A stretch of DNA of 47,093 nucleotides from the NCBI GenBank assembly GCA_023515795.1, contig JALGPX010000084.1, forward strand, positions 1-47,093. The letters run 5' to 3'. Shown here one piece after another: positions 1 to 12,429 of the stretch; within the stretch, counting starts at the first letter, position 1; every line of letters starts with the position of its first letter. The stretch is from Amoeboaphelidium occidentale (lineage: Eukaryota). The position numbers and the translations under genes were made by a program. Below the pieces are notes generated by a model. It searched no databases. It was not told the DNA's origin and saw only the letters and a program-made list of their open reading frames with translations.

Positions 1-326
1 CTGTTAACAAAGAGCGGTGATATTGTAATTTACTTTTCAGCCGATCAGCCAAATTTGGCCGCTTGGCAATCGAGGGATTAAAGCCTTTCAATATCTGTTT
101 CAACTTAGATCTGAAGGGTATTCTCAGTTTATGATCGAATGGAACGCTAAGTAATCAGCCTATATCCAATTGACATTGTATCGATTAGCAAGCATCCCCT
201 CGAGATCTCTCGCTGAGCTGGCTGAGTTGTTTGCGACCGCTTGTTCGCTCGGTTGCTGATTTGAAACAGCTTTTCTGCTCAGCCCGTTTTCTCAATTTCA
301 TCTTGAAATAAACCAATTAACAAAAA

Positions 327-863
327 ATGGTAACTTTTAGCCTTTAAGCCTTCCAACTAACTCTTCAGTCTTCTGGAGTTTCTGTTGATGATAAGTGCTT
401 GGAAGTCTTCTCAGACTTGAAGCTTAAAAAGAAGTACAAATACATCGTCTACAAACTGAACGATGACAACTCCCAAATCGTTGTCGAGAAGTTGGCTGAA
501 GAAGGAAACTATGATGACTTTATTAAGGCCATGCCAAAGGGTGAATGTCGCTATGCCATCTTCGACTTTGAGTTCGAAAAGCCTGGGGAAGGTTTGAGAC
601 ACAAGATTTGCTTCTTCGCATGGTCAGCTTATTCTCTTTACAAAGTAGTCTTATGTTTAGGTCTCCAGATAGTGCCAAGATCAAGCCTAAGATGTTGTAC
701 GCTTCCAGCAAGGATGCTTTGCGTAAGAAGTTGGTTGGTGTTGCTTCAGAAATCCAGTGCACTGATTTGAGCGAAATCGCTTATGATACCGTCTTGGAGA
801 AGGTCGCTAAGCAAGTAAGTTTTATCTTGAGTGGTACTCATTTGCTTTCATCTGTAGGGTTAA
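327..863 (+). CDS. COF1: Cofilin/ADF actin-depolymerising factor (4 exons)
   Basis: ATG 327-329, introns 330-368, 623-660 and 815-857. Spliced product [19 protein letters not shown]...[10 protein letters not shown]...[25 protein letters not shown]...KQG* is classic cofilin. Confidence 0.96.
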
Positions 864-924
864 GTCTTGAATCGAACATATCATCGAAAGATTCTTGTAA
901 CTCAATAAAAGAGGTTGCCTTTAC

Positions 925-1455
925 ATGTCTTTTAAACCTTCAACGCTTTCTTCAAAGGCTAACAAGAAGTCTTCTGACAGTTCTTTTGCGTACAAGTATG
1001 CTTTAAATGATTATGCATTGCTTAACTGTGCCTTAGCTACAAATACCTAAAAAAGCCTGCAGGCGGGCGAAATGGTAGTGGCGCACAGCAAATGAAGTGT
1101 CAACGGTGTCTTTCTGTAGAGCATTGGACATACCAGTGCAAAGGGGAGCAAGTGTATGTTGTAACATAGGAAATATCATGACAGCTTAGGTACAAAGCAC
1201 GACCGTCAAGAACCAAGCTATTGAAGAAGCCTGCAGCTGCAGAGGAAGAAGAAAGGCCAAATGATGTTAAACATGTAGAAGCCAAGCTTCCGGAAAGGTT
1301 TGGTCTATATCATGCCATCTTATGTTAGTAGAGAAGGTCTAGCCTCGTCCATCCTTAGGTCCAAGAAGCGAGAACGCGATTCTGATACAGATTCTTCCGA
1401 TGATATTGGGCCCACGGTGAATAGGATTCAAGAACAAGATAAGAATGATATTTAG
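925..1455 (+). CDS. ZCCHC10-like zinc-knuckle protein (4 exons; absent from ORF track)
   Basis: Manual splicing (introns 996-1036, 1154-1189, ~1298-1329) gives [32 protein letters not shown], the CX2CX4HX4C knuckle plus RPSRT pattern of ZCCHC10-type proteins. Confidence 0.8.
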
Positions 1456-1485
1456 GTTTAATTAAATGCATTTTACAAAGTGTCG

Positions 1486-3758
1486 TTACTTAAACATGGG
1501 ATCAAACTCATTCAAGCTTGCATTCGATCCATCTCGTCGCATGGAATTGTTTTGAGACCACGAAGGAACAGGCTCTTGACTCTTGGGCTTCAATGTATTG
1601 TTCAAATTGAGATCAAGCGATTTCTGGGCCAATGCATCAATCTGTTTGATTACTGCGTTTGGTGTAGATATTCTTCTTGGAGGCAGTTGCGGTGGAATTG
1701 TTGAATTTTGTGACATGTCGATACTTTTACGCCCAATATCACTGGGGGATCTGACGAGAGCCTCAAATTCTATCTGAGCAGCATTGTGAGATCTCAAGTC
1801 AGATGGCTGTGATGAAGCCGATTTCGAGCTATCACTTTTTGAGATTTCCATTAGATACTGCCGCTGGTCTTCTTCCAGTTTCTTGGATAGTTTCTTGATG
1901 ACCTCCATAGCCTGGTTGAATTGATTAACTGTAAAAGCAGAACTCAGAGCCATTTTCCATAATTCTGGCAGAATCTCGTTGGCAATCGTCTCCTTAGTCA
2001 GATAATTCAATGAAAGATCCTCATAAACAGTAAAACATGCGAGATATATCAGAGGATTATTTGGTCGATTTTCTTTGAGCATTGGTAACACTTTTCCTGA
2101 GATTGTGTATTGATCCAAATGAGGTAAAGTTCCTCTTATGCAAGTCAAAACATGTACTCTGACAGCTATGTTATTCGATGCATGATAAACAGCTTGTAGT
2201 TTAGGAAAGAGCCTACTTTTGATGGTAGAGTAATCCATTTGAGTCATCAAGCCATAAATAGTTTTCAATGATCGTTGAAGTATGTAAGGGTGGGTTGAGT
2301 CTAGCAGGGACATGACAGATGGTGCAAGCTCCTGTTGAATCTCATTTTTAGACAGCTTCGTCAATATCAGTGACATATTGTCAAGCAATAGTATTAAAGT
2401 ATCATGCGATTCTGTGTGATGCAGGATATCTCTGAATAGCGGCCATAACGTTTCCACAAAATCTCTTTCAGAGAGTTTATCCTGTATGACAAAAACGCTT
2501 GGTAAAATGTGAACTCTCATAGTTGTGTCCTTCATGCCTTCGATCAACGCTGGGAGTATTTTCCATATTAACACTCTTCGAGGAAACTGAACCAGAACCG
2601 ATTTTAAGCCTTTAAAGAATTGTATTTTATCATCCTAAAGAGTAAATGGATAAAAAGTGTTGCTTTTACCTGTGACTTTTCATATATGCTGTCCAGAAAC
2701 ACCATGGTAGACATGAGAGTATTATCAAAATACTTTGACCGTAAGAAATCACTAGCAGCTGGTCTGGCATCATGAAACCTATTGAGCATCTGTCTAACTG
2801 TCTCTCTTAATTCTAAAGGGATTGCATCGATACTAACGAAACCGAGTCGATCAATAGTTCGCTTGTATGCGTCGATTGAACCACCAGTATTCAACATGGA
2901 TGAAGCAGAATATGAGAAGATATCATATATCAGACAAGCAAAAGAGAACATGTCACTCTTTGTGCCTATTTGTCTATCAAGTACGCATTCTGGAGCCATG
3001 TAGTCCAAACTTGGTCGCAGAATACCATTAGGACGATAAAGCTCGTCTGATGCCGCAAAATTAACCAAAGTGCTCTGATTTGTGCTAAGCGGTAGTGATT
3101 TCTCGGATGAATGAATACTCCACGCTAAACCACCCAATTTCCAGTCACCCTTGGAATTTATAAATACAGCTTGAGGTGTCAATTGCGCATGTATGATCCC
3201 AGCTTCCTGATGACAGAACACCAAAGCCTTAGCGATCTGTTGCAATCCTTTCTGAATCTCCAACTCGTCCAACAGTGAATTCTCGTCCTGGTTTTGATAG
3301 TCAAGAGGCATTCTCCTATTCGCTTGGTTTTGGCTCAAGACACGCTGTAACAAGTCCGACAGGGGATACGACAATGACTCTGTGACAAAAGTTAAATGCA
3401 ATCTGCTTTCATCTATCGGCTCAATAATTTCCAGAAAGGAAGGATGCCTGAACTTGGCAAGCTTTTCTGCCTCCTTCCTCAGTAATTCAATCAAACGTTC
3501 CTGATCCTTCTTTACCCAATTCCTTCCGTCAAAGAACTTTTTATCGAATACAAATACTGATGCTTGTCTGCCTTGAATTTTTTTACTATCAGCATCATGA
3601 ATCTTCCATGTGTTGCCTAATAGAGGTTAAACAAGGAGATGATTAATGATTCGAACTGTACCTGGACCAGCATATGAGACAACTTGTTTCATGTCATAAT
3701 CTCTTGTAATAGGTGACCCCATAATGTATGTGAACACTTTGTTCACAGTTTTGTCCAT
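1486..3758 (-). CDS. SCY1: SCY1/SCYL2-like pseudokinase with HEAT repeats
   Basis: ORFs 2604-3494 (KFRHPSFL, FINSKGDWKLGG, PSLDYMAPE, SDMFSF) and 1486-2574 (HEAT-like helices) joined by short introns. N-terminal exon ITRDYD...AGPG. Confidence 0.88.
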
Positions 3759-3791
3759 GTTTTGCAGGTTCATCGTCGGTAAATAACAGGA

Positions 3792-4010
3792 GTTTGTGAT
3801 AACAAGGTTCTACGATCGAGTTCAATGAGATTCTTTGAGACCTGAGAACATGATTAGCTTCAAGTGTGTTTATGAGCATGGTCTCAACGTCGTAACGCTA
3901 AAGGATCTGAACAAAAGTTGATCATGCCTTCATAGCCCTGAGTGAACTTGGTGTGAGCAGCTTATATCCCTTAAACTTTCCATTAAGACAAGCGTTTATC
4001 ACTGAAGTAA
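3792..4010 (+). ncRNA. Candidate cluster of 2-3 box C/D snoRNAs
   Basis: CTGA boxes at 3842, 3907, 3938 and 4002. TGATNA C-like boxes at ~3796, 3850 and 3918. Guide TCTTTGAGAC directly before CTGA-3842 is complementary to conserved 18S GUCUCAAAGA. AGACAAGCG(T) before CTGA-4002 matches 18S AUGCUUGUCU with one G:U. CTAAAGGAT before CTGA-3907 matches LSU AUCCUUUAG. Confidence 0.55.
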
Positions 4011-4095
4011 CGCGATGGCAGAGGATCCCCAGCAGCTCGTTCATCTCAAGCTTTTCTGCTTCGCAATCAACAACAACTTGCGCTGAAACTTCAAA

Positions 4096-5268
4096 ATGGT
4101 ATTGGAAGCTACAGTCATTGTGTAACTTATTAAAACTGTTCAGTAGCTTAATTGTGTTCAATAGAATCGATAATTCAGAGTGGATGAGGAACGGAGACTA
4201 TGCGCCATCAAGATTTGAAGCACAAAGTGACGCTGTTAATCTGCTATTCTCCGCAAAGACACAGTCAAACCCAGAGAACATGGTAGGCCTCATTTCGATG
4301 GGTGGGAAGAGGTAATCCGCTTCTTTATGGCAATTCTGATAAGTTCTCCTGTTCTTTCAAAGTGTAGCGCAAATGTGTTGGTGTCTCTAACGAATAACGT
4401 TGGAAAGGTTTTGGCTGCTGTTCATGAGATCAAATTGTCTGGCTCCGTTTCACTTGCGAATGGTCTTCAAGTTGCTCAGTTGGTTTTGAAACATCGACAG
4501 AATAAGAACCAAAAGCAGAGAATCGTCGCCTTTGTGGGAAGTCCGCTGGAGGAAGATGAAAAGTCACTTGTTAAGTTGGCAAAGAAGCTAAAGAAGAATA
4601 ACGTCGCTGTCGATATTGTTAACTTTGGTGAAGAGTCTTTAAATACTTCAAAGTTGGAAGCATTCATTGAAGCAATTAATTCACAGGATAACAGTCATTT
4701 GTTGAATGTTCCTCCTGGTCCGCATATTCTGAGTGATCTTTTGATCTCATCGCCAATTATCCAGGGAGAAGATGGTGCAGGTGCTGGATTCCATGCCGGT
4801 GGATCAGCTGGCTTTGAGTTTGGTGTTGATCCTTCTTTAGATCCTGAGTTGGCACTTGCTTTGCGCATATCCATGGAAGAAGAGAAGGCCCGCCAAGAAG
4901 CTACACAAGGTGGAAGTTCTAGTAAGGAAAGTGGAGCTGCAGCTGCTTCTTCAAGTGCTGCACCACCATATGCTCAAGCACCAGCTGCTGGAAATGATGA
5001 AGACGCAATGTTGGCAGAAGCAATAGCAATGTCTATGGGACAAGCTCCTGGTTCAACTGATGTACAAATGAAAGACGCGAATGAGGATGAAGAATTACAA
5101 AGAGCTATTCAAATGTCTATGGAAGGTGGAAGTGGAGCTAATTCAGATCTGATTAACTCCGTACTTGGAACTTTGCCTGGTGTTGACCCTAATGATCCAC
5201 GCTTCAAAGAGATGCAGAAGAAAGATTCCGATAAGAAGAAGCCTGATGGTAAGAACGGCAAGAAATAA
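4096..5268 (+). CDS. RPN10: 26S proteasome ubiquitin receptor Rpn10 (vWA + UIMs)
   Basis: Spliced N-terminus [21 protein letters not shown], plus [20 protein letters not shown] and [20 protein letters not shown]. Two short introns. Confidence 0.97.
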
Positions 5269-5380
5269 ACGCGTTTTCTATAATCCGAAAAAAAGCTGAA
5301 ACAGAACAAAACAATCTCGCTTTGATCGACGCGCTCTTCGGTTCAATGGCAAAAATTTTTCTTTAAGTTTACAACGGAAA

Positions 5381-5898
<518 letters not shown>

Positions 5899-5959
5899 AT
5901 AAAGCTGGAGATTAACATAAGAATTGTAATTGAGGATTCTATTTAATCATGTCTTTGTC

Positions 5960-8224
5960 TCACATCTTCAGTGATTTTTTACGCAGGTAGTTAAAGACGC
6001 TTATTACCCAACTATGTTGTTCGTTCCATACTGATTTTACTTGCCTGATCTCCTGCACAATAAGTTCGGACTTTGGTATTTCTTCTTGTGCGGTTAACAT
6101 ATCAGCAAAGGAGACCTCTTCGTCTGGTGATTGCTCTTCAGACTCTTCAGAAGACGAGGCTTCCAGGAGTTTTAACTGCAAGCGGTTGATTTGGTTCATG
6201 AATTTCGTGTGCGCGTCGTAGTTGTAAACATGATGATGCAGCCTCTCAAACAATGATAGAGGAATATAATCAAACTGCTGATGAAACTTGAAATTGTCTG
6301 CTTCGAATACAGATTCTGAAGAAGTAGATTTACCAGAGTTAAAGGGATTGCTGAAATTCAGTTTTCCTAACCACTTTGGATTTTTTGTATCCGGAACCAG
6401 CTCTTCATCCTGCTTTCCATGAATATTCACGTTCTTTCCAAACAGAATTACTTTGATATCTTTGCTGAATTCGACAATCTTATAATTTATCATATCCTTA
6501 AATTCAATGTCTCTCATGCCTACTTTCATTCGCAGCTTTTCAAAGGTATCTTCAACGCTAAGCGCCAAATTGGTTTTAGAACCGCCTTCAAAGTAAGCTG
6601 CTAACTCTCTCCACTGGCTTTCAGAAATATTGGTTGTGTGACTGCCATCACTGTTACGTAGAGGTGCAACTGGGATAATGTTCATGAAATGTTTTGGTAC
6701 AAGTATCTCTAAATTCATGTTCTTGTGCTTTATGTGGAAAAGCCCAACGTAAACACCAGGGGTTAGCTTCAATGTCGACCTCTTGTAGTAATCAGAAAAT
6801 GTAGCGTATACATCAGCGTCAAACTAATAAAGATTAGCATCATTATTTTGTAAATTACCAATGGATGTATATTTGGATGAAGTCTTTCAGCACTCCTCCA
6901 GATCAAACCCTGATTTGCCGATATTGCCGATAAATCCCATGAAGAGGAGGCGTGTTGAACTGAAAGAATGAAGTGAAGATTTCTCTCTTTGGAGCTGGAA
7001 ATAGGGGAATTGTACAAGACACCAAATCTTGATAAGCTCAATGATGTTTGCAGTTTCGCAGCAGCATTAAGGAAATTCACTTTGAATTCAATACTTGCGT
7101 CATGGAGGGTCTGTTCTAGCTTCTTTGCATTGTCGTGGTTGATGTATTTTTCCAGCTCACTTGCAGCTTTCTGTAAATCTTCAGACTTGAATGAAACTCC
7201 GTAGTTGCTTGTTTGATCTTTCGTAACACTCTTTTCCCATTCTAACGCCTGAGTTCTGGCCCATAAAAAGTCTGGATGATCAGAAGCAAATGCATTATCG
7301 CTTAATTCCTTATAATTTGTGATTATTGGGATCATTGGTAAAACTCCATTACTGAGAGTTGCTACCTGAAGCTTGGAATTAAATATCAGCATGACTAAAT
7401 AAATAGAATCTTTCTTGAATTTCGTAGATAAATCCAAATTATCTTGTTCTGGTTCTGCGTCCAGCTTCTCCAGATGCATTTCGAATAAATGCTTCAAAAT
7501 TAGACGCATGTTGCAAATAATTACTTTAGCATTGATATCACAAGAGAAGAGGCCAGCTTCTTCGCTCAGAATCTTGTCTGTATCTACGTTCTTTATGAAC
7601 AAGGGCTTGCATGGTGCTACTTCAGGGTATGATGACATCTAGACATAAACGCGTTTCGAGTAGTATCTACCTCATAAAGAACACTCTCAACCGTTCGTTC
7701 AGCATCGAACTCTAAACTTCTAATAGGGAACTCTCGCCTCTTGTCAGATCGTGTCTCACGCAAGATGATCTTGATGGTCATGATGACTCTACACCATTTC
7801 GTTTCAGAGATCTTACAAGCAGATATCTTACGTCTTTCCAGATGGCACTTCTTCCGCACTTTCTAAATTGTCCTCAATGTCCTATACTTTTAAGCAAAGT
7901 CTTGATCGTGATAACCTTTCGTTTCTCGAAATATTGGCCTTTAGAATTAAGTATATCCACTGGTCAATGCTTACCATTAAGATACGGAACATCTTGCGAT
8001 CTTATTTCCATAATCTGCTGTAATCGTTTAGATCTATTCGTTCCTGTCCCAACTGATTGTAGCGGATTACGGAACACATCAAGAACTGAGAACTTTGATT
8101 GTCCTTTAGGTGTCGCAACTGAAGATTGTTCATTTAAGGAAGATAGAGATGATGAACTTCCAGTCCTTCCAGCACTCTGACGCTGCAATTTCTTTGGCTT
8201 TGGCGATAAAGGGTTTCCAGACAT
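5960..8224 (-). CDS. ANKFN1/Wide-awake C-terminal-domain-like protein, possibly with an N-terminal RA/ubiquitin-like domain; 5' exon structure uncertain
   Basis: LPMIPI...DFLWARTQALEW, FLNAAAKLQTSL..SRFGVLYNSPI and LTPGVYVGLF...LEILVP..NISESQW resemble recalled ANKFN1 blocks (IPIVEID..DFLWFTKLSCMW; LAATAQLQNLLG..LGRVYYEPI; GLYLGYLK..IKVLV..NISREEW). Confidence 0.6.
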
Positions 8225-8340
8225 GCGTATCACCAAGGAGATTGTTTCGACTGTGAAACTCAACTATTTATATCTCGCAATGCAACCTTCTGATAAAGAA
8301 TACTTCAGCAGCATGCGTGATAAAATTAACATAAAATTTA

Positions 8341-8940
8341 TTATTCAGCTTTAGAGTCCTGTGCTCTTTTGCTCAAATAGCCTCTTGAGTTCTTCTGGAC
8401 TGAAACAAGGGTGTTGTAGCCAAATTGATAAGCATAAAAGATCCCAAACCCAAAAGTAACCAAATTAGCTGCCACAAAAGCATTTCCCATAACAACGAAA
8501 GCAAGCGCAACCAGGCCACTGCCCATGACCGTTCCTGACACAATCGAAGTAACAAGCGCTGCTGAGAACACAGTGACCAAAGAAAATAAAGCATAAATCA
8601 AAACAGGGAAAGCAGACAGAAGAGCAGCCAAAGCCAAGAAAGCACCCAGCGGAGGATATTCAATCGACTTTGCGTAAACTTGCGACCACAAAACCGGCAA
8701 CTGTTCTTTAATTCTTGCAAAGATTTCAGACAACGTGTTGGAGGTATTCGCTGACCAGTTCTTCAATGTCTTATCGGTTGAGGCAGATTGTTCTTTCAAA
8801 GCGATTGTCAGTTTGTCGAGATACGCAAAGTACGCTTCCGGTAGAACGGATGCCAACTGTGCTTTTATCTGCTGAGGGGTTGGCATGTGATGCTGTTGTG
8901 TTTGTGGCACTGTTCCTGAAGATGGAGTTTCTACAGCCAT
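8341..8940 (-). CDS. Promethin/LDAF1-like lipid-droplet membrane protein
   Basis: YPPLGAFLALAALLSAFPVLIYALF followed by a very long uninterrupted hydrophobic stretch, typical of the promethin family. Confidence 0.7.
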   Translation of the reverse strand: MAVETPSSGTVPQTQQHHMPTPQQIKAQLASVLPEAYFAYLDKLTIALKEQSASTDKTLKNWSANTSNTLSEIFARIKEQLPVLWSQVYAKSIEYPPLGAFLALAALLSAFPVLIYALFSLVTVFSAALVTSIVSGTVMGSGLVALAFVVMGNAFVAANLVTFGFGIFYAYQFGYNTLVSVQKNSRGYLSKRAQDSKAE

Positions 8941-9187
8941 TTGACAATGCAAAAACAAGAAGAATTTGTGTTGATGCCAAACAAACGCTGTTGAATTGCA
9001 AAATTTCCGCGTGCGTTTGTGTGCCCTCTGCCCGGAGAATTACGATTCTTGTTTGTGGGGGCAACTCTGTGAAAATGCTCTATTTAAAGTTATAACGGTT
9101 TCTCCGGCCCAAACAGGTTTCCATGCTGCGCCGCAAATCGCATCGATCATCGTGCAACTTTCCCATCTTCTTCCGGAACCCTTTGAA

Positions 9188-10249
9188 ATGCGTGCAGCAG
9201 TCGATTACTTCATTGACATGGGCTTCAGCCTTGAGCATGCCCTGGACAGATACACCAAGCCAACAGAGACGATGCTTTTGTCGTTGTTGAAGGAAAACAT
9301 GCCTTCTGTCTACAATTACGGTGCAAACCTTTTGGCTTCATCGCCTTCGATCCATGCTGCAAATTTGCCACTTATGAACCCTTTCCACGCCGTGGTTTTG
9401 ATTTTGGCGTACTACGCAGTTATTTCTTCTGGCATGTGGGTCATGAAGAATATTGTCAAGCAGAAGTTCCAGTTGAAGACCTTCTCAAATATTCACAATG
9501 CGTTCCTGGTCTGGTTGAGTGGTTACATGTGTCTTAATATCGCTTATCAGGCGTTGGTGGTTCGTGGCTATTCCGTGTTCAATAATGATTTTGACGATGT
9601 TCCGGAATCGTTTCCTTTGGCCAAGCACCTCTGGTTGTTTTACTTTTCCAAGATTTTTGAATTTGTCGATACTTGTATTATGGTTGGTAAGATGAATTTC
9701 AGGCAGGTTTCCTTTTTGCACGTTTATCATCACTCCAGTATCTTGGCTGTTTGGTGGTTGACAATATATGTTTGTCCTCATACTGAATGTAAGTTGGATA
9801 GCCGTCTCGCGGATTTATTCTGACCTTTTGACACGATTTAGCTTACTTCTCTGCTACATTGAACAGTTTTATTCATGTGATCATGTATTCTTACTACTTG
9901 TTCTCATCTTTGGGAGTTGCAAAGTCATTGACAAGACTTGTTAAGCCTTACATCACCCAAGCGCAGATGATCCAGTTCACTTTGAACATGTTTCAGGCAA
10001 CTTATGACTTGTACAAGACATATTCGTAAGTTTTCTTAATCGCGTTTGTTTTAATTAACGCTGTTTAGTCTGCCTCCAAGTGAAAGACACACCAAGACAC
10101 CAGTTAGCTTGGTTTTGATGTTGTGGGTGTACATGTGGACCATGCTGGGACTATTCGGTCACTTCTACGTTAAAAACTATAAGAAGCCATCCGCTGTCCC
10201 TGTCAAGCCGAAGGAGGTCGATGGTGCAAAGATGGTGAAGGAAGAGTGA
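9188..10249 (+). CDS. ELO/GNS1-family fatty acid elongase (PUFA-elongase type)
   Basis: FYFSKIFEFVDT, QVSFLHVYHH, LNSFIHVIMYSYY and ITQAQMIQF motifs. Introns 9789-9841 and 10026-10068. Confidence 0.93.
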
Positions 10250-10306
10250 GTAAATACAGAGAAAAATAAATCAGCATGAAGAGGTTCATGGATTTTTCAA
10301 TTGAAA

Positions 10307-11903
10307 ATGTCTTCAAAGTGGCGCGATGAACTTCCACCAAACGAAAGACTTAATTGCGTGAATATTATGTGAGTTATCGCATGATTTTATTGGGCCTTAT
10401 TTTAAGTACTGAACACTTAAAGCAAAGACCAGAGATTGCAAGCCAGCCAGCTGACAAGATCACTCAAGTTGCGCGCAAGATTGAGCATGAAGCATACACT
10501 CTGTCAAACTCGAGATCCCAGTACTTGGAGACGATATCCAGCAAAGTGCAGTTCATAATGACCCAAATTCAACAGAAGGCAACAGCTCAGGCTCCAAGCG
10601 TATCAGCACAATTGAATCAGAATTTAAACAACTTTGGTGCTTCAGCGCAGGGGTTTAATACGATGAATGGAGCAGGCTACGGGCCTCAAGGTGGTGCACA
10701 GCACGCGTATGTTGGTACGGGTCAAAGGACTGGTGTTACTGCAATGCCTGCTGCACAACCACGACCAGCAGTTACGTCGCAACTTACTGTGCCCTCTGGT
10801 ACAATTACGATAGAGTTGAAGGATGGCAAGCGTTTCATTAAATTGCCCTCTGGGAACCATTCATTTCCTGTGAAGGAGTTAAATGATGTCGAGAAATTGA
10901 ACTTGTTACAGAAGGTACATTTTGAACTTATTCAGGGAATTTTACGTTTCAGTTGACATTATTGGAACCTGCTTTACAAAAGGCTAAAATTACGATCCAG
11001 TCTGCTCAAGCAATGGCAAACGTCTCAACAATTCAAACAACTTTGGACAAATTGAAATTGTGTTGCATGGTTTTGAAAGTTCAGATGGAACTTCATTTGT
11101 CCAACATTTTCTTTTTAGATGCACATGGGCTGAGTAAACTGGAACCGCAGTTCTTCCATTTGTTCAGAGAAGTCAACACGTTTTTGGATCAAAATCAAAA
11201 GTCTGTTAATGTTGGACAATTAAGATTGCAAAAGGCACAACAACAGCAGCAGCCTAACAATCAAATGGCGGTTGATAATGCTCCTACTTCTGCTTTTCAG
11301 AAGTTCCCATCTAACTCTACTCAACAATCTACTGCAGAGGTTCGACAAGTAAACGGCGCTCAAGTTCAACAATTCCAAAAGAGAGAAGCGATCGATGTAT
11401 CGAAAGGTGGACAAAGTGGCCATGAGATTCCTCAAAAACCATTTAATTCTACTGCTCCGCCTCCTGTTCCGAAACCTGTTGTCAGTTCATCGTCTCTTCC
11501 ACGACAACAAACACAACAGCCAACCCAGAACAACATCAAAGCGAATAGTGAACTGAAGCGACTACGTTCTGAAAATCCAAAAGAATACTTTTTATCTCAG
11601 CTGAAGTCTATTGAAGCGACTTATGATGTTAACACCACAAGGCGCATATTTGATCAGGCGTTTGGTGAAGCATTTGAACGATTCACAGGAACCGAATTCC
11701 TGAACTGGCCGTCTTTGAGAAACCAACAGTCTTCAACACCTTCAGGACCTCATGTTATACCTTTGAGCGACTTCTCTTTCTGGACCAATTTATACCTTGA
11801 TGGCACTGAAACAGTTTCAGTCTCTGCTACAACTCCAGAGGCAGGTTTGCATGAAAGATTGCAGAAATTCATGCAGTCAGACACTGATATCTTGACCATT
11901 TAG
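10307..11903 (+). CDS. Med15/Gal11-like protein (N-terminal KIX-like domain, Q-rich)
   Basis: Spliced MSSKWRDELPPNERLNCVNII...ARKIEHEAYTLSNSRSQYLETISSK matches the KIX pattern, followed by Q/P-rich low complexity. Two introns. Confidence 0.65.
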
Positions 11904-11920
11904 TGCAAAAATATATTTAC

Positions 11921-12391
11921 TTACATCAGAGGTTGAGCATGGGATCGAGACTTTCTTTCAATAGAAAGACTTTGCATTGCAACCATTAAACCCATTTCAT
12001 CCCTGTTCATCTTATTAGCAAGATTAGTGACAGTGTTCAGTCTTCTGGATATCTTAAATCCTTTTGTTTTGATTACTCTTCGCAAGAGGTTTTGCTCTTG
12101 TTTGGGAGCCTGAGACGAACTAACGCCGCGGACTCCAAACAAGACACTTCGCAGCCTTCCGGAGGTGGAGCATCTTCTATAACGACCATTCATACGGTTG
12201 CGGAAGCATTGGTCAACACTTCCAAATGACTTCTCGCTGCACACGCTGTCTAGCGATGCTTGTGAGGGATATTTCTTGTAGAAGTTGAGAGCTAGATCAT
12301 CCTGAGCCATAGTCTTAGGTGTCACACAAGCAAAAACATCATTAGTCATTCCTGAAGGCATCATAACGTCCAAACTGTGTTGTTTCATCAT
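11921..12391 (-). CDS. Hypothetical basic protein, 156 aa
   Basis: Intact ATG-TAA ORF filling the gap between neighbours. No recognisable motif. Confidence 0.55.
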   Translation of the reverse strand: MMKQHSLDVMMPSGMTNDVFACVTPKTMAQDDLALNFYKKYPSQASLDSVCSEKSFGSVDQCFRNRMNGRYRRCSTSGRLRSVLFGVRGVSSSQAPKQEQNLLRRVIKTKGFKISRRLNTVTNLANKMNRDEMGLMVAMQSLSIERKSRSHAQPLM

Positions 12392-12429
12392 TTCTAAGTG
12401 AGGAAAAGGGAAGATCAGGTGAAGCTGAA

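Noticed and set aside
8715..9187. ORFs 8715-9095 and 8771-9064, and the 64-aa upstream extension of the elongase ORF
   Set aside because: They overlap the promethin gene or the shared promoter, mostly use non-ATG starts and have no protein-like motifs.
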